Origin: Lama glama
Taxonomy: Eukaryota
Assembly: GCA_028534125.1 (NCBI GenBank)
Contig: CM052817.1
Location: 28,894,001 to 28,958,000 of the forward strand
Reading direction: 5' to 3'
DNA length: 64,000 nt
The notes under the pieces are model-generated. The model had not been told where the DNA came from. It searched no databases and saw only the letters and a list, made by a program, of their open reading frames with translations. A program made the position numbers and the translations under genes. Position 1 is the first letter of the stretch. Every line of letters starts with the position of its first letter. Below are positions 1 through 14,129 of this stretch, piece after piece.

Positions 1-189
1 ACCCAGGGTAAAAAATGTAAAAGAAGCCTGCATACCATATGACTAGTTAAAATGTATAAATCAAGATAACCTAACATTAAATAAAATATGCTCTAGCCTC
101 CTACCTTTACGAATAGACAGTCTTAACAATCTGACGGCCAGAATGAAATTTAGAGCTCTTGTATTTCTTGAGGTTTCACATGAAAAGAC

Positions 190-752
190 AGCCCCATACC
201 CCACAACACGATAACTTAAACAACAAATATTCACTGTCTTACAGTTCTATGGGTTAGTAATGCCTGTATTACAGCCCTGGCTCAAGATCTTTCATATGGT
301 TGCAACCAGACTGTCCACTGGAGCTGTGATCTCACTTGGAGGCTTGACTAGGAGGCAATATAATTCCAAGATCACTCATATGGCAGGAATCTGTTTCTTA
401 ATGTCTGTTGGACCAATAACCTCAGTTCACCACTAGCTATAGGTTTGGCCAGAGATTTCCATTTCCATCAGTTCCATGTCATGTGGATCTCTCCACAGGG
501 CACGCACAACATAGCAGTTGGCTTCTCTTAGAGAGAACGAATGAGTAAGAGGTCAAGAGTAAACATCCAAGATGGAAGTCTTTGCCTTTTTATAACCCAA
601 TCCAAGAAGTGACACCCCATCACTTTTGCTGGACTGTATTCATTAGAAGGGAGTCAACAGGCCCAGCCCATACTCAAGGAAAGGATAACACAAGAGCATG
701 AATACCAGGAAGTAGGATCAATGGGCGACCACCTTACAAGCTTCTTACCACA
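190..752 (-). mobile_element. ERVL-MaLR solo LTR, MLT1F-like
   Basis: Minus strand begins TGTGGTAAGAAGC...GATCCTACTTCCTGGTATTCATGCTCTTGTG...GTCACTTC...GGTTATAAAAAG, like the MLT1F 5' end. Confidence 0.75.
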
Positions 753-994
753 GACTAACACGCAGATAACAATTTTAATCAAACATCCTTCTTTATATAT
801 ACAACATATATAACACACACGTGTGTGTGTGTATACATCAATGAGTGAACAAGATATTAGGATAAAATGTTCACATATCCTTGATTTAAAATGGTTTTGA
901 ATTACTATTAGTGACTGCCATGAAAAATGTAATGATTATTTTTTTTTCTAATGAAGCGATCACAAAGAAATTCACACAAATATTTTGGGGTCGA

Positions 995-1133
995 ATTAAT
1001 TTCCTACAGCTGCCGTTTCCTCTGGCAGCAAATCACTAAAAATTCAGCGGCTTAAAACAACATAAATTTACTACCTTACAGTTTGAGAGGTTAGAAGTTC
1101 AAAATCAATCTTAGTGGGCTAAAATCAAGGTGT
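995..1133 (-). mobile_element. MLT1 (C/D-like) LTR 3' fragment
   Basis: ggcttaaaacaacataaattta...acagtttgagaggttagaagttc...gggctaaaatcaaggtgt. Confidence 0.65.
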
Positions 1134-1410
1134 AAAAGTCACCTACTCTTTGGCCATGCAATTTAAATGAAAAAACAAAGACCAAATAACATCAAATTGT
1201 TTACAACTGTCCCTAAACTTCTGAAAGGAGCACATCCTGGGATTACACTTGATAAACTATTGAGAATTACTATTGGGCCTCACATGAGGGCTGAACAGTA
1301 ACACTGTTTATATGAAGTCTTTGACAGATTATGCATAAATTATGTGATTAGTCCATGGAAACTAAAACAGAAGTCACAAAGTGGAGTAAAACCAGGTGTG
1401 AGTGTGTAAA

Positions 1411-1432
1411 TGTGTGTGTGTGTGTGTGTGTG
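1411..1432. repeat. (TG)n microsatellite
   Basis: tgtgtgtgtgtgtgtgtgtgtg. Confidence 0.9.
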
Positions 1433-3249
1433 GTCTGTCTTCTGTGTCTATCTGTGTGCACGCTTACACATGCATGCAAGGGGTAAAAGAGTGATGATAC
1501 TTCACAATGGATAAACTGGTTAAGAGTCAAAATCCCATGTTCTTCACACTTTAGTGTAAAATATCCTCTGTGAGATAGCACAGGATAGCACAAAGGATAT
1601 TAGCTATCTAATGTGACTAAAGCACCATATTAAGCTAGGTAATGGAATTACGTATTATTGCCATGTAACATTACATTAATTTTTATGTTGCTAATTTTTA
1701 AATTTTAATCAATTCTACTATATGACCATCACACACACACTGTGGAAATCTAGCAATTACACAGAACTTGGCTTTTTTTTTTCTGTTCAGAATATGAAGG
1801 CCTTTATTTTAACATTGGGTAATATTCCAAGAAAACTCATAGCCAGTCACAAAGCCTCCTCCCCACCCCCCATTTTAGCCTGACAAAATCCTGAGACTTA
1901 GATTTTAGATGTTCAAAGTCTAAAATTTTTACTAGCTCATTTTGTAATTCCCTGACGGAGCTAGGTATTTCCTCTTCAATTAAATAAAAACTATTGTAAT
2001 ATTTCATATGCACTTTGTAGATCAATGATAAATTTAGCATTGTCTGATAAAGTAGCAAATTTCCTAGCATATACTGTTTTGTTTCCTAAAGTATCACACT
2101 TGAATGTACTTGAATGTATCAATTACCGTGAGCCTCAGGATCAGTCCCAGACAAACTGTAAAGTAAATAAAATTTACTTTTCCATTTTATTATTCCATCA
2201 TGGGAGACATCATATAGACTATCGTCAACTGTCCTCCTAGCACCCCCTTTCTTTTAATGTTCAGCAACAACATCATCAAATTCATCTACTCTGGGTTCCA
2301 GTCTTTTAGCTCACTTCTACAACACAGTTAAACACACCTATCCACTTAAGACAGAGGTAAACCAATTATGAAATTTGGCCAAATGCTGAATGAGTGCATG
2401 TTAAAAATCAATATTTGCCCAAGGTTAAAAAAGACCAAAGGGAATATTTTAATTGTGCAATAAATTATGAGACATAATCATAAATCTGATATTTTATTAA
2501 ACAATTTAATTACTAACATAATTTTATTATTAAAATGCTTTATGGTCAGATTTTTAGAGGTCAACATTATAGTCCAGGAAGGACGATTTCTTAGCACAGA
2601 GAGTTACCACATTGCTCTTGTGATTACCCAACTTCACATCTGCAATCCTAAAGAGATCCTCACTTTGCAGTAGGAAAAAAAAAAAAAAAGATATTTAGGA
2701 TATACCTCAATTTTCTCTATAATTTTGTTTTTTACTTCATACTTTTTAATATTCTCCATAATGTCTAGATTGAAGAGAATTAATCATGAATCTTATATGT
2801 AATTTGGAAGGCTTCCCTCCTTGTGAAATATTGGAAGTGCAAAGTTGATATTCTATGTTATTCTTCCTTAAAAGATGTAAAGATTTTCAACGTGAAACCT
2901 TCACATTTAATTTTTAAAAATTAGAATTATGAAATCACAGATCTCTAAATTCTGCCTTTTACTGTTATTAAAATTATATAAACATTTGTAGATTCAAAAA
3001 CAATATAATGTCTTCCTAAACAATCTAATTAGTGCAATTACTCCTAATATACTTATTAGATTTCAATGTACTTCCAAATTTATTTGGATATTTTAAATAC
3101 ATATTTTTGTTAATAAAATTAGAAGCCTTCACAATTATGCCTTATTGTAGCATTTTTATGCTTACTCTAACAACATACACTTATACTTCAAAGTATAAAT
3201 CACATGAGACTTTTCACTCAGCATTACCTCTAAAATGTGTTTACTTGTT

Positions 3250-5590
3250 TTTAAAAATGAATAGTCATCCACAAAAAAACCTTAAAACGAATAATGATTT
3301 CAGCAATTTTGCATGATACAAAATCAACACTCAAAAATCAATTGTATTTCTACATACTAGCAATGAATACTCTGATAAGGAAATTAAAAAAACAAATCAA
3401 TTTACAGTAAGACCAAAAAGAATAAAATACTTAGCAATAAATTTAACCAAGTAGGCAAAAGATTTGTACACTGAAAACTATAAAACACTGAAAGAAATTA
3501 AAGAAGACACAAATAAATGCAAATATATTATGTGTTTACGGTTGGAAGACTTAATATTATTAAGACATCAATACTACCCAAAGTGATCTACAGATTTAAT
3601 GCAATCTTTATCAAAATATTGATGTCATTTTTGGTAGAAATAGAAAAATCCATCTTAAACTCATATGGAATCTTAAGAAAACCTGAATAGCCAAAACAGT
3701 TTTGAAAAGGAACAAATTTGGAACTCTCATTTTCTAATTTTAAAACTTATTCCATAGCTACAGTAATCAAAACAGTGTAGTACTGGCATAAAAACAGACA
3801 TACAGACCAATGGAATATAATAGAGAGCTCAGAAATAAACCCATATGGTCAAACGGTTTTTGACAAGTGTGCCAAGATTATTCAATGGAGAAAGGCCAGT
3901 CTTTCTAACAAACAGTGTTGAGGAAACTGTATATCTATATGCAAAAGAATAAAGAAAACTAGATATCCACAGCCATATGCAAAAAAATGAATGAAGAATG
4001 CAAGAATGAGAATAAAGTTGGACCCTTTCCCTACATTATATACAAAGATTAACTCATAATTGATCAAAGACCTAAAACTATAAAACTCTTAGAGGAAAAC
4101 ACAGGAGAAAAGCTTAATGACATTGGATTTGACAATGATTTCTTGAATATGACCCCAAAATCACAGGCAACAACAACGATTAGATAAGCTGGACTACATC
4201 AAAATCTAAAACTTCTGTGCATCAAGAGATACAGTCGACAGAATGAAAAAGAAATCCACAGAATGGGAGAAAATATTTACATATCACACATGTAATAAGG
4301 GGTTAATATCCAGAATATATAAAGAACTCCAATAACTCAACAAAAACAACAACAACAAGCAAACAACCTGATTAAAACGGGCAAAGGACTTGAAAAGACA
4401 TTTCTACCAAGAAGATACACAAGTGGCCAACAAGCACAATAAAAAATGCTCAGTATCTTTAATCATTAGAGAAATGCAAGTCAAAAGTACAATAAGATAC
4501 TATGCCATGCCCATTAGGATTGCTACTATATTAAAAATATATATAAAAACAGAAAACAGAAAACAACAGCCACTGGCAAGGATGTGGGGAAATTGGAACC
4601 CTGTGTATTGTTTGATAAAAATCTAAAATGATGCAATTGGCTATGGAAAACAATATGAGAGTTTGTCAAAAAATTAAAAACAGAATTACCATATGATTCA
4701 GCAATTCCACTTCTGGGTGTGCATCCAAAAGAACTGAAAGTAGTGAGTGTCTCAAAGAGATATTCTTACACCCATGTTCATAGCAGCATTATTAACAATA
4801 GCTAAAATGTGAAGCAACCCAACTGCCCATCCACAGAAGAATGGAGAAATAAAAATGTGGTATATACATACAATGAAATATAATTAAACCTAAAAAAGGA
4901 AAGAAATTCTGACACATGCTACAATATGGATGAAACTTGAGGGCATTATGCTAAGTGAAATAAGCCATTCAAAAAGAAAAAGGGAAAAAAAGGACAAATA
5001 TTACATGATTCCATTTACATGAGGTACCTAAAATAATCAAATTCTTTGAGACAAAAGTAGAATGGTATTTGCCAGAGGCCAGGGAAGAGGGATAAGAAAC
5101 TGTTTAATGAGTATAGAGTTTCAGTTTTGCAAGATGAAAACAGTCCTGCAGATTGGTTGCTGCTATGATCTGAAATTCCTATGTTGAAACCTGATACTCA
5201 ATTTGAAGGTATTAGGAGGTAGGACCTTTGGGAGGTATAAGTAGGTCATAAGGGTGGAGCTCTCATGAGAGGATTAGTGCCCTTCTAAAAGAGGAGTAGG
5301 AGGGCTCCACACCACATGAGCACAAGGGCACAGTCCAAGAACCAGAAGTGGGTCTTAATCAAACTTTGAATCTCCCTCTAGCTTGGTCTTTTACTTTACA
5401 GCCTCCAGAACTGTGAGAAATAAATTTCTGTTGTTATAAGCTACTCAGTCTATGATAGTCTGTGATAGCAGCCCAAACAGACCAAAAGAGTTGTGCAACA
5501 ATGTGAGTGCACTTAACACTACTGAACTGCACACAGTGACTAAGATGGCAAATTGTATGTTACATGTATTTTACTACAATTAAAAAATTC
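3250..5590 (+). mobile_element. 5'-truncated LINE-1 (L1MB-like): degenerate ORF2 3' half + 3' UTR, interrupted by an LTR
   Basis: Typical ORF2 motifs (atacaaaatcaacactcaaaaatca; atctacagatttaatgcaatc; gaatgggagaaaatatt; cagcaattccacttctgggt), then an L1MB-type 3' UTR and A-rich end. Confidence 0.9.
5161..5489 (+). mobile_element. MLT1A/MSTD-like solo LTR nested in the L1 3' UTR
   Basis: Starts TGCTATG, contains gcctccagaactgtgagaaataaatttctgttg; flanked by GTTGC (5156-5160) and GTTGT (5490-5494). Confidence 0.85.
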
Positions 5591-5920
5591 AAAAATAATA
5601 AACATATCTTCAGATTTTCAGAATCAAAACAAATGTCATACTTTGTATTCCTATTGCATCGATTAGACGTACCACCATATGACGGCCTTCCACACGATCA
5701 CACAAGCTCAGGGGTGCCAGAAATGAGAGATGGCAGTCAGCAAACCAGGCTTCCTGAGCCTGATGCTAAAGCCAGGCAGCAGGTGTAGCCTAAACTTCAA
5801 GGCTGTGCCAAATCTCAGTACAAGCTGAAAAGAAGACTCTTACAGAGTCTTGCCAATTTTGAAAATTTTAGAAACTCTGGCAGACAGGTGGAGAACAAAT
5901 TTTTGGTGGAGCAGCCAAAA

Positions 5921-5970
5921 CCCTCAACCCAGATAGATCTTGCTTTCCCTCAACTCAGATAGATCTTGCT
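5921..5970. repeat. 26-bp tandem duplication
   Basis: ccctcaacccagatagatcttgcttt followed by ccctcaactcagatagatcttgct (one mismatch). Confidence 0.9.
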
Positions 5971-7616
5971 ATTTAGACTAATGCTCATTCCATTAACTCA
6001 GAGAAGTAGACCGATAGGTTTTCACTATCCCTAAAACTTAAATAAGCCTCTTCTTTTTTTTTTTCAGTTGGTGCTAAAAAAGTACATTAAGGTTTTATGG
6101 AAGAAGAGAGAGTTGGTCCTCTGAGTGGGTGCATCACGCGGCCCTTTCCTATCGTGGCAGTGTTCTAGAAGCCTCCTACAGTGATGTACATGGCCTTCTG
6201 CAAAACAAGTCATCAAATGTATATTAAATAACATTTACTGGCCATAGCTTGTGAATCCTAAAAGAATCATAAGTTGAGATTCTGGGTTGGGATTTTAATC
6301 GCGCAGTTTCAACTACTGCTGAGTCAGATCAGGCAGAACGTTATAGTCAGATTTTAGTTAAACGTTTTGAGTGTGCTTGGAAAGGACTCTGAATTGCTCC
6401 AAACCACCTTGGTTCCCCCTGCCAATATTCATGAGCATCCAAAGGTCAGAGGCTGTTTCACTCACATAAAGTACCATGAGAAAAGATGCTTACTAAGTAT
6501 TTCTCATCAGGCTGCTGATGAAAAACTTCTGGAGCTAAGAATAGCCAGGTGAGATAATACTGAATGGTGTATGTGACTTCCCCTCCAGGCTAAATGAGGA
6601 AAAGTATAAAATGGTGAGATTTGGCTTTCCGGCAGAGAATGGTCTCGATTCATCATAATTTATTCCTTGAACGTTGCAATATAAAGTTTATTATAAACTA
6701 TAGCTCTGTACAGCTGAAAAACATCTATTTTTACTAGACACCAAAAATATCGCCAAATGATATTCATGAGATAAACCTAAATATATCAAATTGTCAGAAC
6801 AGATAAGGACAAAGAAGCACTTTCCTCCAAGCCTACAAAGTAAGAATACTGATCACTGCCACGTCATAGTTGGGAAAAGTGCTGACACTGAGTTCCAATT
6901 CCTGCTGGAAACAGTTACGCCACAAAATGTGGGAAAGATGCAATATTGTGACAACAGCGGAGTTGTACTCCCTCCTTATTTAAGCATTGATTGTAATGAG
7001 CATAGTTCTGTGGCCTTAAATGAGTATGGTATTTTTAGGAGCATTATAACAGCAAAGTACAGCTTGGCTGGCTCTTCAAAAGGAGGATCAGGTTCTGGTA
7101 AAGGAGACAGGGTAGGGTCAAAAACAAAGGTTATGCTGTTTTCCTAAAGTTATAAAGTTCAAAGAAGAATACAAATTTGATCTTGCAAATCGTATAATCC
7201 TTACAAATTAGCGTCAAAAAAAGTCTAAAACTACATTACAGTTATTCCCACACCAGGGAGGCTAAAAATAGGTAGTTAAACAAAAAATTAGGAAATAAGA
7301 AATTAAAAGTATGACAATAATGTTAATAAATGTACTATCTTTTCAAAACAGAGTAGCTACTGATGGTCACTCAAAAAATACATGAAAAAAGGCCTATTAA
7401 GAAACTAAAATTTTTTAAGAATCAGTCATAAAATTCAAACGAGCATTCTTAGAAAACTACTATGCATGAACAATAATGTTTCTGGATGGTAACTGTCAGA
7501 ATAGTAAAGTATCTTATGAATTATTAATGTAAAAGTATTTAGTGGTATTTAGTATGCCAGTGTTAATTATATTTACAGCTCTCCAATTACTTCGAATTTG
7601 ATCGTCTATGTAACAC

Positions 7617-7668
7617 TTTTTTTTAAATATTTTTATTGAAGTATAGTCAGTTTACAATGTTGTGTCAC
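7617..7668 (-). mobile_element. Very short L1 3'-terminal fragment
   Basis: Poly-T then ttttattgaagtatagtcagtttacaatgttgtgtca, same tail family as 16407, 23770 and 55200. Confidence 0.7.
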
Positions 7669-7864
7669 ATGGTTTTGATCAATGATAATACAGAGTTCAA
7701 GAGAACATAGTATTTCCTGACCTTTTGATGTGTTTAGTTTATTGTCACTACTTTCCTTTCTGTTAAGTCAATAGAAAGTATCAAAAGTAATTATTTATTT
7801 CGAAATATGGAGCATTCACGCTAACACATAAGTATAAGGAGCTAATTCAAATGAATCAGAAGAA

Positions 7865-8060
7865 GTAACATCTACTGATTGTCCAACAGCAGGGCAAGGA
7901 CTAGGAGTTTTCACACGCATCACCTCATTCAGCTGAGGATAAGTGCACGATGCCCTTCAATGCAGGCAAAGAAAGAGAGGTTCAGAAAGATCAAATAATG
8001 AGCCCAACGTCACAATTCACAGCAGTGGGATTTGAGAACTTGTCTTCTTTGAGCTTCCAA
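7865..8060 (-). mobile_element. MIR SINE
   Basis: Degenerate core gagaggttcagaaagatcaaataatgagcccaacgtcaca. Confidence 0.55.
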
Positions 8061-8484
8061 ATTCCATGATCCCAGTGTAAAAATCATAATGTGTCTCAAA
8101 GAAAACTTACACTCAGAAAGGAAAAAAAAATCCTGTTTTATTTTTTAAGTACCCCAAGAGAAAGCCAATGTCTGTGCATATGTATTCCCATATTGTTGTA
8201 TTTAATGTCACAAAAAAAAAACATGATGTAGTGATTATCATTCCTATTTTAAATGCAATTTCTCAAGATTAAATCCCAGCTTCCAACTTAAGTCAGTCTG
8301 ACAACATAAAACCACATGGAGCTCAAATCAGTAACTGAAGCTCACACCTTGATGTGGTGCGGGCATGGTGTGGAAAAATGACACATTCCCTCTGCAGGCT
8401 TCTAACTACAACCCCAAACCAAACCAAAGTCTCAAAAACAAAGACAAGAGAACCTTAGTTTGAATCAGTGAAGAAAGAGATACT

Positions 8485-8967
8485 GCATCAACTAGGTGGT
8501 GTTTACCTGGTTGAAAATAATGGAAAATCTTCCTTACAGTGACCAACGTTTCCTCATATCAATAAAGCATTTAGGTTTCAACGCAGGCCTTGGCCCAGTG
8601 ACTCAACCATGTCAAGGCTCAGCTCTGTGGTTATCCAGGCTCTTCTTTCATGTATGGTCCTTCACGCTCTCAAGGTGGCTGCTCAGGTCTCAGGCATAAT
8701 AGGTGTGCTTATGGCAGGAAGAGGGAGAAAGGAGCAATGTCACCCCTTGGTTTTCCCCTTGTAATGAGAAAGCAAAGCCTTCCTCGGCACATTCCTAGAG
8801 GCTTCCTCCTATGTCTAGTAGGCAGAACTGTGAGAGCTTTCCAACCCTACCAGCAACAAAGGTGGGGAAAGAGAGTGTTCAGCTTTCCAGACTCTATAGA
8901 AAAGACAGGAAAAGGAGTAGGAAGAGGGAAAGGGCCGCTGTGTGGTCTAACTACAGTGTTTGCCTCA
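8485..8967 (-). mobile_element. Old MaLR LTR (MLT1J/L-like)
   Basis: caaggtggctgct, ggcagaactg motifs; minus strand starts TGAGGCAAACACTG. Confidence 0.55.
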
Positions 8968-9199
8968 AGAACCACAAGGGAGGTTTTTTAAATGCTTCAG
9001 TTTAAAGAGATACTCACCATTTTGTTTACCCTCAAAACTGGTTCTCAAAAATCTAAAACAACCTCATCAACTTTTATTTTTATGGATCTGCTCATAGCAT
9101 GAAACTTTTGAAGAAACAAAACAAACAGAAAGAATGATTGGCTCAACACCTAAGAAAAAAAAAAAATCAATCTGTGTTTGCCCTAACCTACTGGGGAAA

Positions 9200-9668
9200 A
9201 ATCTGTGGCAGAGCCCGCCACTTGCGTACGCAGTAACTTCTCTCCACGTCTTCCTTACTAAGAGAATCACCTTCCTTAGCAGCAGGAGTGCCTTCAGGAC
9301 ACGTTTCAAATCCGTGCAGTGGAAACTGTTGGAAGGAGTTTTAAGAAAGCTCCTCAAAAGAAAGGAACCAATCAGCCGACAGGTCCCATTCTGCCCTTTT
9401 TCTTCCTTTTACTTGTAGTTTGAAATACAAACCTGGTGGCTGAACTCTAGCAGACAATTTGCAAATTTGAGAAGTAAATCCTCTAAGGAGAGAGGATTAG
9501 AAAGCTAGGAAGGGTCTGAATTCTGCAGACGATATAGGGTCTCCATAACATTCCCAGGCTGCCTCCATCTAGACCCTCTCACACAAATGAAAAATAACCC
9601 CTGAATTTGTTTAAGCAATAGTTTTTCAAGTTCTGTTACCCGAAGTATGAACTGCTATTAATTGGACA
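9200..9668 (+). mobile_element. Old MaLR LTR (MLT1J/K-like)
   Basis: 3' end gctgcctccatctagac...aaaaataaccc...gtttaagca...ctgttac. Confidence 0.5.
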
Positions 9669-10939
9669 TAAAATAAAGAGAGCATAATAAATCTAAATGA
9701 ATCAGTTTACATAATAATGAGAATCACAAAAATATCAAGAACCAATAGTGCTTTTACAGATCCCATGGCAATTAGTGAAACTATCTTTTATTAATTGACA
9801 AGTATCTTGACCATAAGAAGCAAATATTAAGTCTATTTTCCTAATATTTATATACACACATTTAAATAAGTATACGTATATTTATGCACATTCATATATA
9901 CGCATATAGAAAGTTTATTTATATATGCATGTGTGCGTGGTGTATACACTCACACATAAGCATATAAACATAATATATATACACAGACTACAACAATCAG
10001 TTGATAAATAGGAACTTATGCTCATGGCTCAAAATGAAGTTAATTCAAGTCTTACATAAAGAGATGACTAGAATGTCACCTGCATATTATCGGTAATAGT
10101 ACTTTCTGGTTGGTTACATTTTAATAACTTTTAAAAATGTTTATTCTTGAATGTTTCTGTATTGCTTACCTATTTGTTAAATAATGAGTTTGTATCTTTT
10201 TCTTACAAAAAGAATGAAATCATTCTTTAGAAAAAAGAAGTTAGGATTTATTGTTGGTAATGTGTTAAAACTAAATTATACTGCAAATGTTTTTACTATG
10301 TGAGAAAACATTGTAAGAATTTTGAACTGTTCTTTCAAGCACAGTTCTTTGCAATTATGGTATCTAACAAATAGAATTAATTCATTTGCAATTACAAAGC
10401 AGATGTAGCATAATGAATTACACTTAAATCTATGTTTTAAAAAAAACCTAAATATCCTTTTTGCTTAGATGTATATTTTAATACAAAGGATTCATTTTGC
10501 AGTCTGTTCCTATAGGAAAATCACTGTTAGAAAACTGAAATATTTATTCTTGATTTCAAACAATGAAACTCAGAAATGTATTTTACTTTAAAAGACAATC
10601 ATAAGAAAATCTTTAAAATGACATATGTCAGGTAAGTAACTAGAATTTATATAGCTCTATGCCTTCAGAGGTCAAAGTCCTTTATCTGTTTTTCTTAATG
10701 CCTAAAAGTTATTCCTGAGAAGTTAAGTTTAAAAATTCAACTGTTTCAGTCCCTTAAATCAGAAATGCAAGAAAATGGTACACACTTGTTTGAATTAATG
10801 TGTCCTCTTTGCTACCTTTGGTTCTGAAAGGATTAGATTTTTTATGTCACATCTCCTCAGAAATAAAAGAGCAAAACTGAAGCATAAACATGAAAGATGA
10901 AGAACAAAGAGAGGTGACTTATCATAAGTCACACAATGG

Positions 10940-11950
10940 TAATTGATTTATTCATTAAGCATCCACTGTGTATCAACTATATTCTAGCTGTTGAGGACAC
11001 AAAGTTGATGAAGGGGATACCTGAAGGTATTTGGCTTAATAGCTGTTATAACAGCCGTTCAATTCTATCATCTTAGGTCATTTATGTCTATCACAGAATT
11101 AAAGACCCAGAACAAACTCTAGAGGACATCTAGTACAAGCTTATTTTACAGCTGACTTCACTAGGCAGGAAGAAGGCAGACCTCTTCTCTTTAAGGTAGT
11201 CATGTGAAATGACACCTGAAGAAAGAGCCCAAGCATGTGAAGACTGAGGTGCAGCATTTACTAAGCACACGGCAGGAAAGAACACACGTGGTTCTTGAAA
11301 CTGAGGGAAGGCCAGAGCGACGGAAGGACATTGATGCCAAAGAAGAGAAACATGAGTTGACGTTAGAAACTAAGCCAAGATCAGAACATGCAGATTCCTG
11401 GGCGCTATGGTAAACAGACGGGATTTAGTTTCAAGTCAATAAACAAATGAGAGAAGAGATTTGATAAAACCTTCAAGAATGCCTTCATACATTTGGTATA
11501 GAGGAGAAAGAAAAGGAACCAGCAATTCTGGGCACTATGAAGATACCAACACAGAACTATGTCACAGAAGCCAAAGATGGAGAGAGTTTTGGGGAGGGTG
11601 AGGGGAACTGATCAAAACCGCCAAACATTACAGGCACATCATGGAAGTTATTTCATTTCTCTATTAGATGAGAACAATTTCAATAAAACACTGAAAAGGA
11701 AGAAGCCAGATTGTGGGAGAGTTAAAAATAATTGCTTAGTGAAATCATTCAGACAACTGGATTTTGCAAGTGAAGGGAATAAGAGAAGCATCAGTGAAGA
11801 CAGACCACTCAGTTGGAAGTAATAATGAAAAAAATTTGTTTGAATGTGGAAATTTTACTTTGGATGCAGGGAGAGGTAAAAGAGCCAGTGAAACAGGGAG
11901 AGACTGAGGATGTGAGCAAGATGGTAGAAAAGGCAGAAAAGGATGGAATC
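10940..11950 (-). mobile_element. LINE-2 fragments
   Basis: L2 tail-like atttattcattaagcatccactgtg...gaggacacaaag and downstream purine-rich L2 body motifs. Confidence 0.55.
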
Positions 11951-11974
11951 TGGAAAAAAAAAATGAAAAAGAAA

Positions 11975-13760
11975 AGACCAGTGAAACCAAGAGCTGGTTT
12001 GTTGAAAAGAAAAACAAAACTGATCAACCTTTAGCCAGGATCATAGTGAAGAAAAAAGAACCCACTAAACAAAATTAGAAACGAAAGAAGAAAAATAACA
12101 ACTGATACAAGAAAGGTACAAAAAATCATAAGAGAAAAATACTAGAAATAGTTCTATGCCAACAAATTGGACAATATAGAAGAAATGACAAATTTCTAGA
12201 AACATGCAACACACCAAGACTGAATCAGGGAGAAAGAGACAATTTGAACAAACCAATCACTAGAAGTGAAATTGAATTTATTAAAAAAAAAAAAAAACTT
12301 TCAACAAACAAAAATCTAGGACCAGACAGCTTCACAGCAAAGTTCTACCAAAAATATAAAGAGCAAATATCCATGCACCTATGGTCAATTAATCTATGAC
12401 AAAAGAGGCAAGAATACACAATGGAGAAAAGACAGTCTCTTCAATAAGTGGTGCTGGGAAAACTGGACAGCTACACATAAAAGAATGAGATTAGAACATT
12501 TCCTCACACTATGTACAAAAATAAACTCAAAATGGTTTAAAGATCTAAATGTAAGACCTGAAACCATAAAACTCTGAGAACATAGGCAGAACACTTTCAT
12601 ATAAATCATAGCAATATTTTTTTTTTTGGCTCTGTCTCCTAGGGCAAAAGAAATACAAGAAAAATAAACAAATGGGACCTAATTAAACTTAAAAGCTTTT
12701 TGCACAGCAAAGGAAACCATCAACATAATGAAAGGACAACCTATGGAACTGGGAAAAAATATTTTCAAATGATATGCTCAACAAGGGCTTGATATCCAAA
12801 ATAGATAAACAGCTCATACAACTCGATATTAAAAAAAAAAAAACACTGAATAGAAATAGGACAGAAGACCTGAATAGATATTTTCCAAAGAAAACATGCA
12901 GATGACTAACAGGCACATGAAAAGATGCTCAGCATCACTAATCCTTAGAGAAATGCAAATAAAAAACCACAATGAGATATCACCTCACACCTGTCAAAAT
13001 GCCTATCATCACAAAGGCCACAAATAACAAATGCTAGCGAGGATGTGGATAAAAGGCACCCCTGGTACACTGTTAGCGGGACTGTAAATTAGAGCAACCA
13101 GTATGGAAAACAGTATGGACGTTACTCAAAAAATTAAAAATAGAACTACCATATGTTTCCACTGCTGGGTTTGTATCCAGAAAAAAACAAAAGCACTAAT
13201 TCAAAAAGATACATGTACTCCAGTGTTCATGGAAGCACTATTTATGATAGCCAAGATATGGAAGCAACACATCAGACAAATGGATAAAGAAGATATATAT
13301 ATACACACACAATGGAATGTTAGCCATAAAAAAGAATGAAATTCTGCCATTTGCAGCAATGTTGATGGACCTTGAGAATATTATGCTTAATGAAATAAGT
13401 CAGGCAGAGAAAGACAAATTCTGTATGATATCACTTATATGTAGAATCTGAAAAATGAAGCAAATAAATACACATAGGAAAACAGAGACAGACTCACAGA
13501 TATAGAATACAAATGAGTGGTTACCATGGGGGAAAGGGAAAGGGAGGGAACAAACAGCAGTTGGGGATTAAGAGATACAAACTACTATGTGTAAATAGGT
13601 AAAAAATAAGAATGTATTGTACAACACAGGAAATTATAGCCATTATTTTGTAATAAATTTAAATGGAGTATAATCTATAAAAATACTGAATCACCATGCT
13701 GCACACCTGAACTAATATAACATTGTACATCAACTATACTTCAAAAATAAAGAAAAAGAA
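11975..13760 (+). mobile_element. Truncated LINE-1 (laurasiatherian/cetartiodactyl type) with internal deletion of the RT region
   Basis: ORF2 peptides [15 protein letters not shown] then [30 protein letters not shown]; 3' UTR ends caactatacttcaaaaataaag. Confidence 0.92.
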
Positions 13761-14129
13761 GTAGCTCTTTCAACACCTTTAATTCTGCAAGCTCAATCAA
13801 TCTCATGGGAATTCACTACATGGCTATTTTATTTTAGTTCAATGGATAAACCTCATGATTTTGTTTTGATCGTGAGTTTCTTAAGATGCAGTTTGGTATG
13901 ATAAATAAATGCTGTAGGCTCCTGGTGCTGAGGGCTTTCAAACAAGACTTTACAATTTATATTTTCAGTACTTTTCCTCTAATCACCATATCAGAAGCAT
14001 GAATCCTTCAGAACTCTCTGGAATGACTGAAGTTTTCTTTTCTTCTTCTTCTTCTTTTTTTTTTTTCCTTCAGTGTGTTTCTCTGGTGTGCAGATTCCTG
14101 CAGCCTTCACGGACTCACTGCCAAAGGAA

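Noticed and set aside
813..828. ACACACACGTGTGTGT palindrome
   Set aside because: Two abutting simple dinucleotide runs, a common microsatellite configuration.
4390..13339. ORFs with L1 ORF2-like peptides (4390-4626, 13103-13339 and antisense ones)
   Set aside because: Fragments of decayed LINE-1, not host genes.
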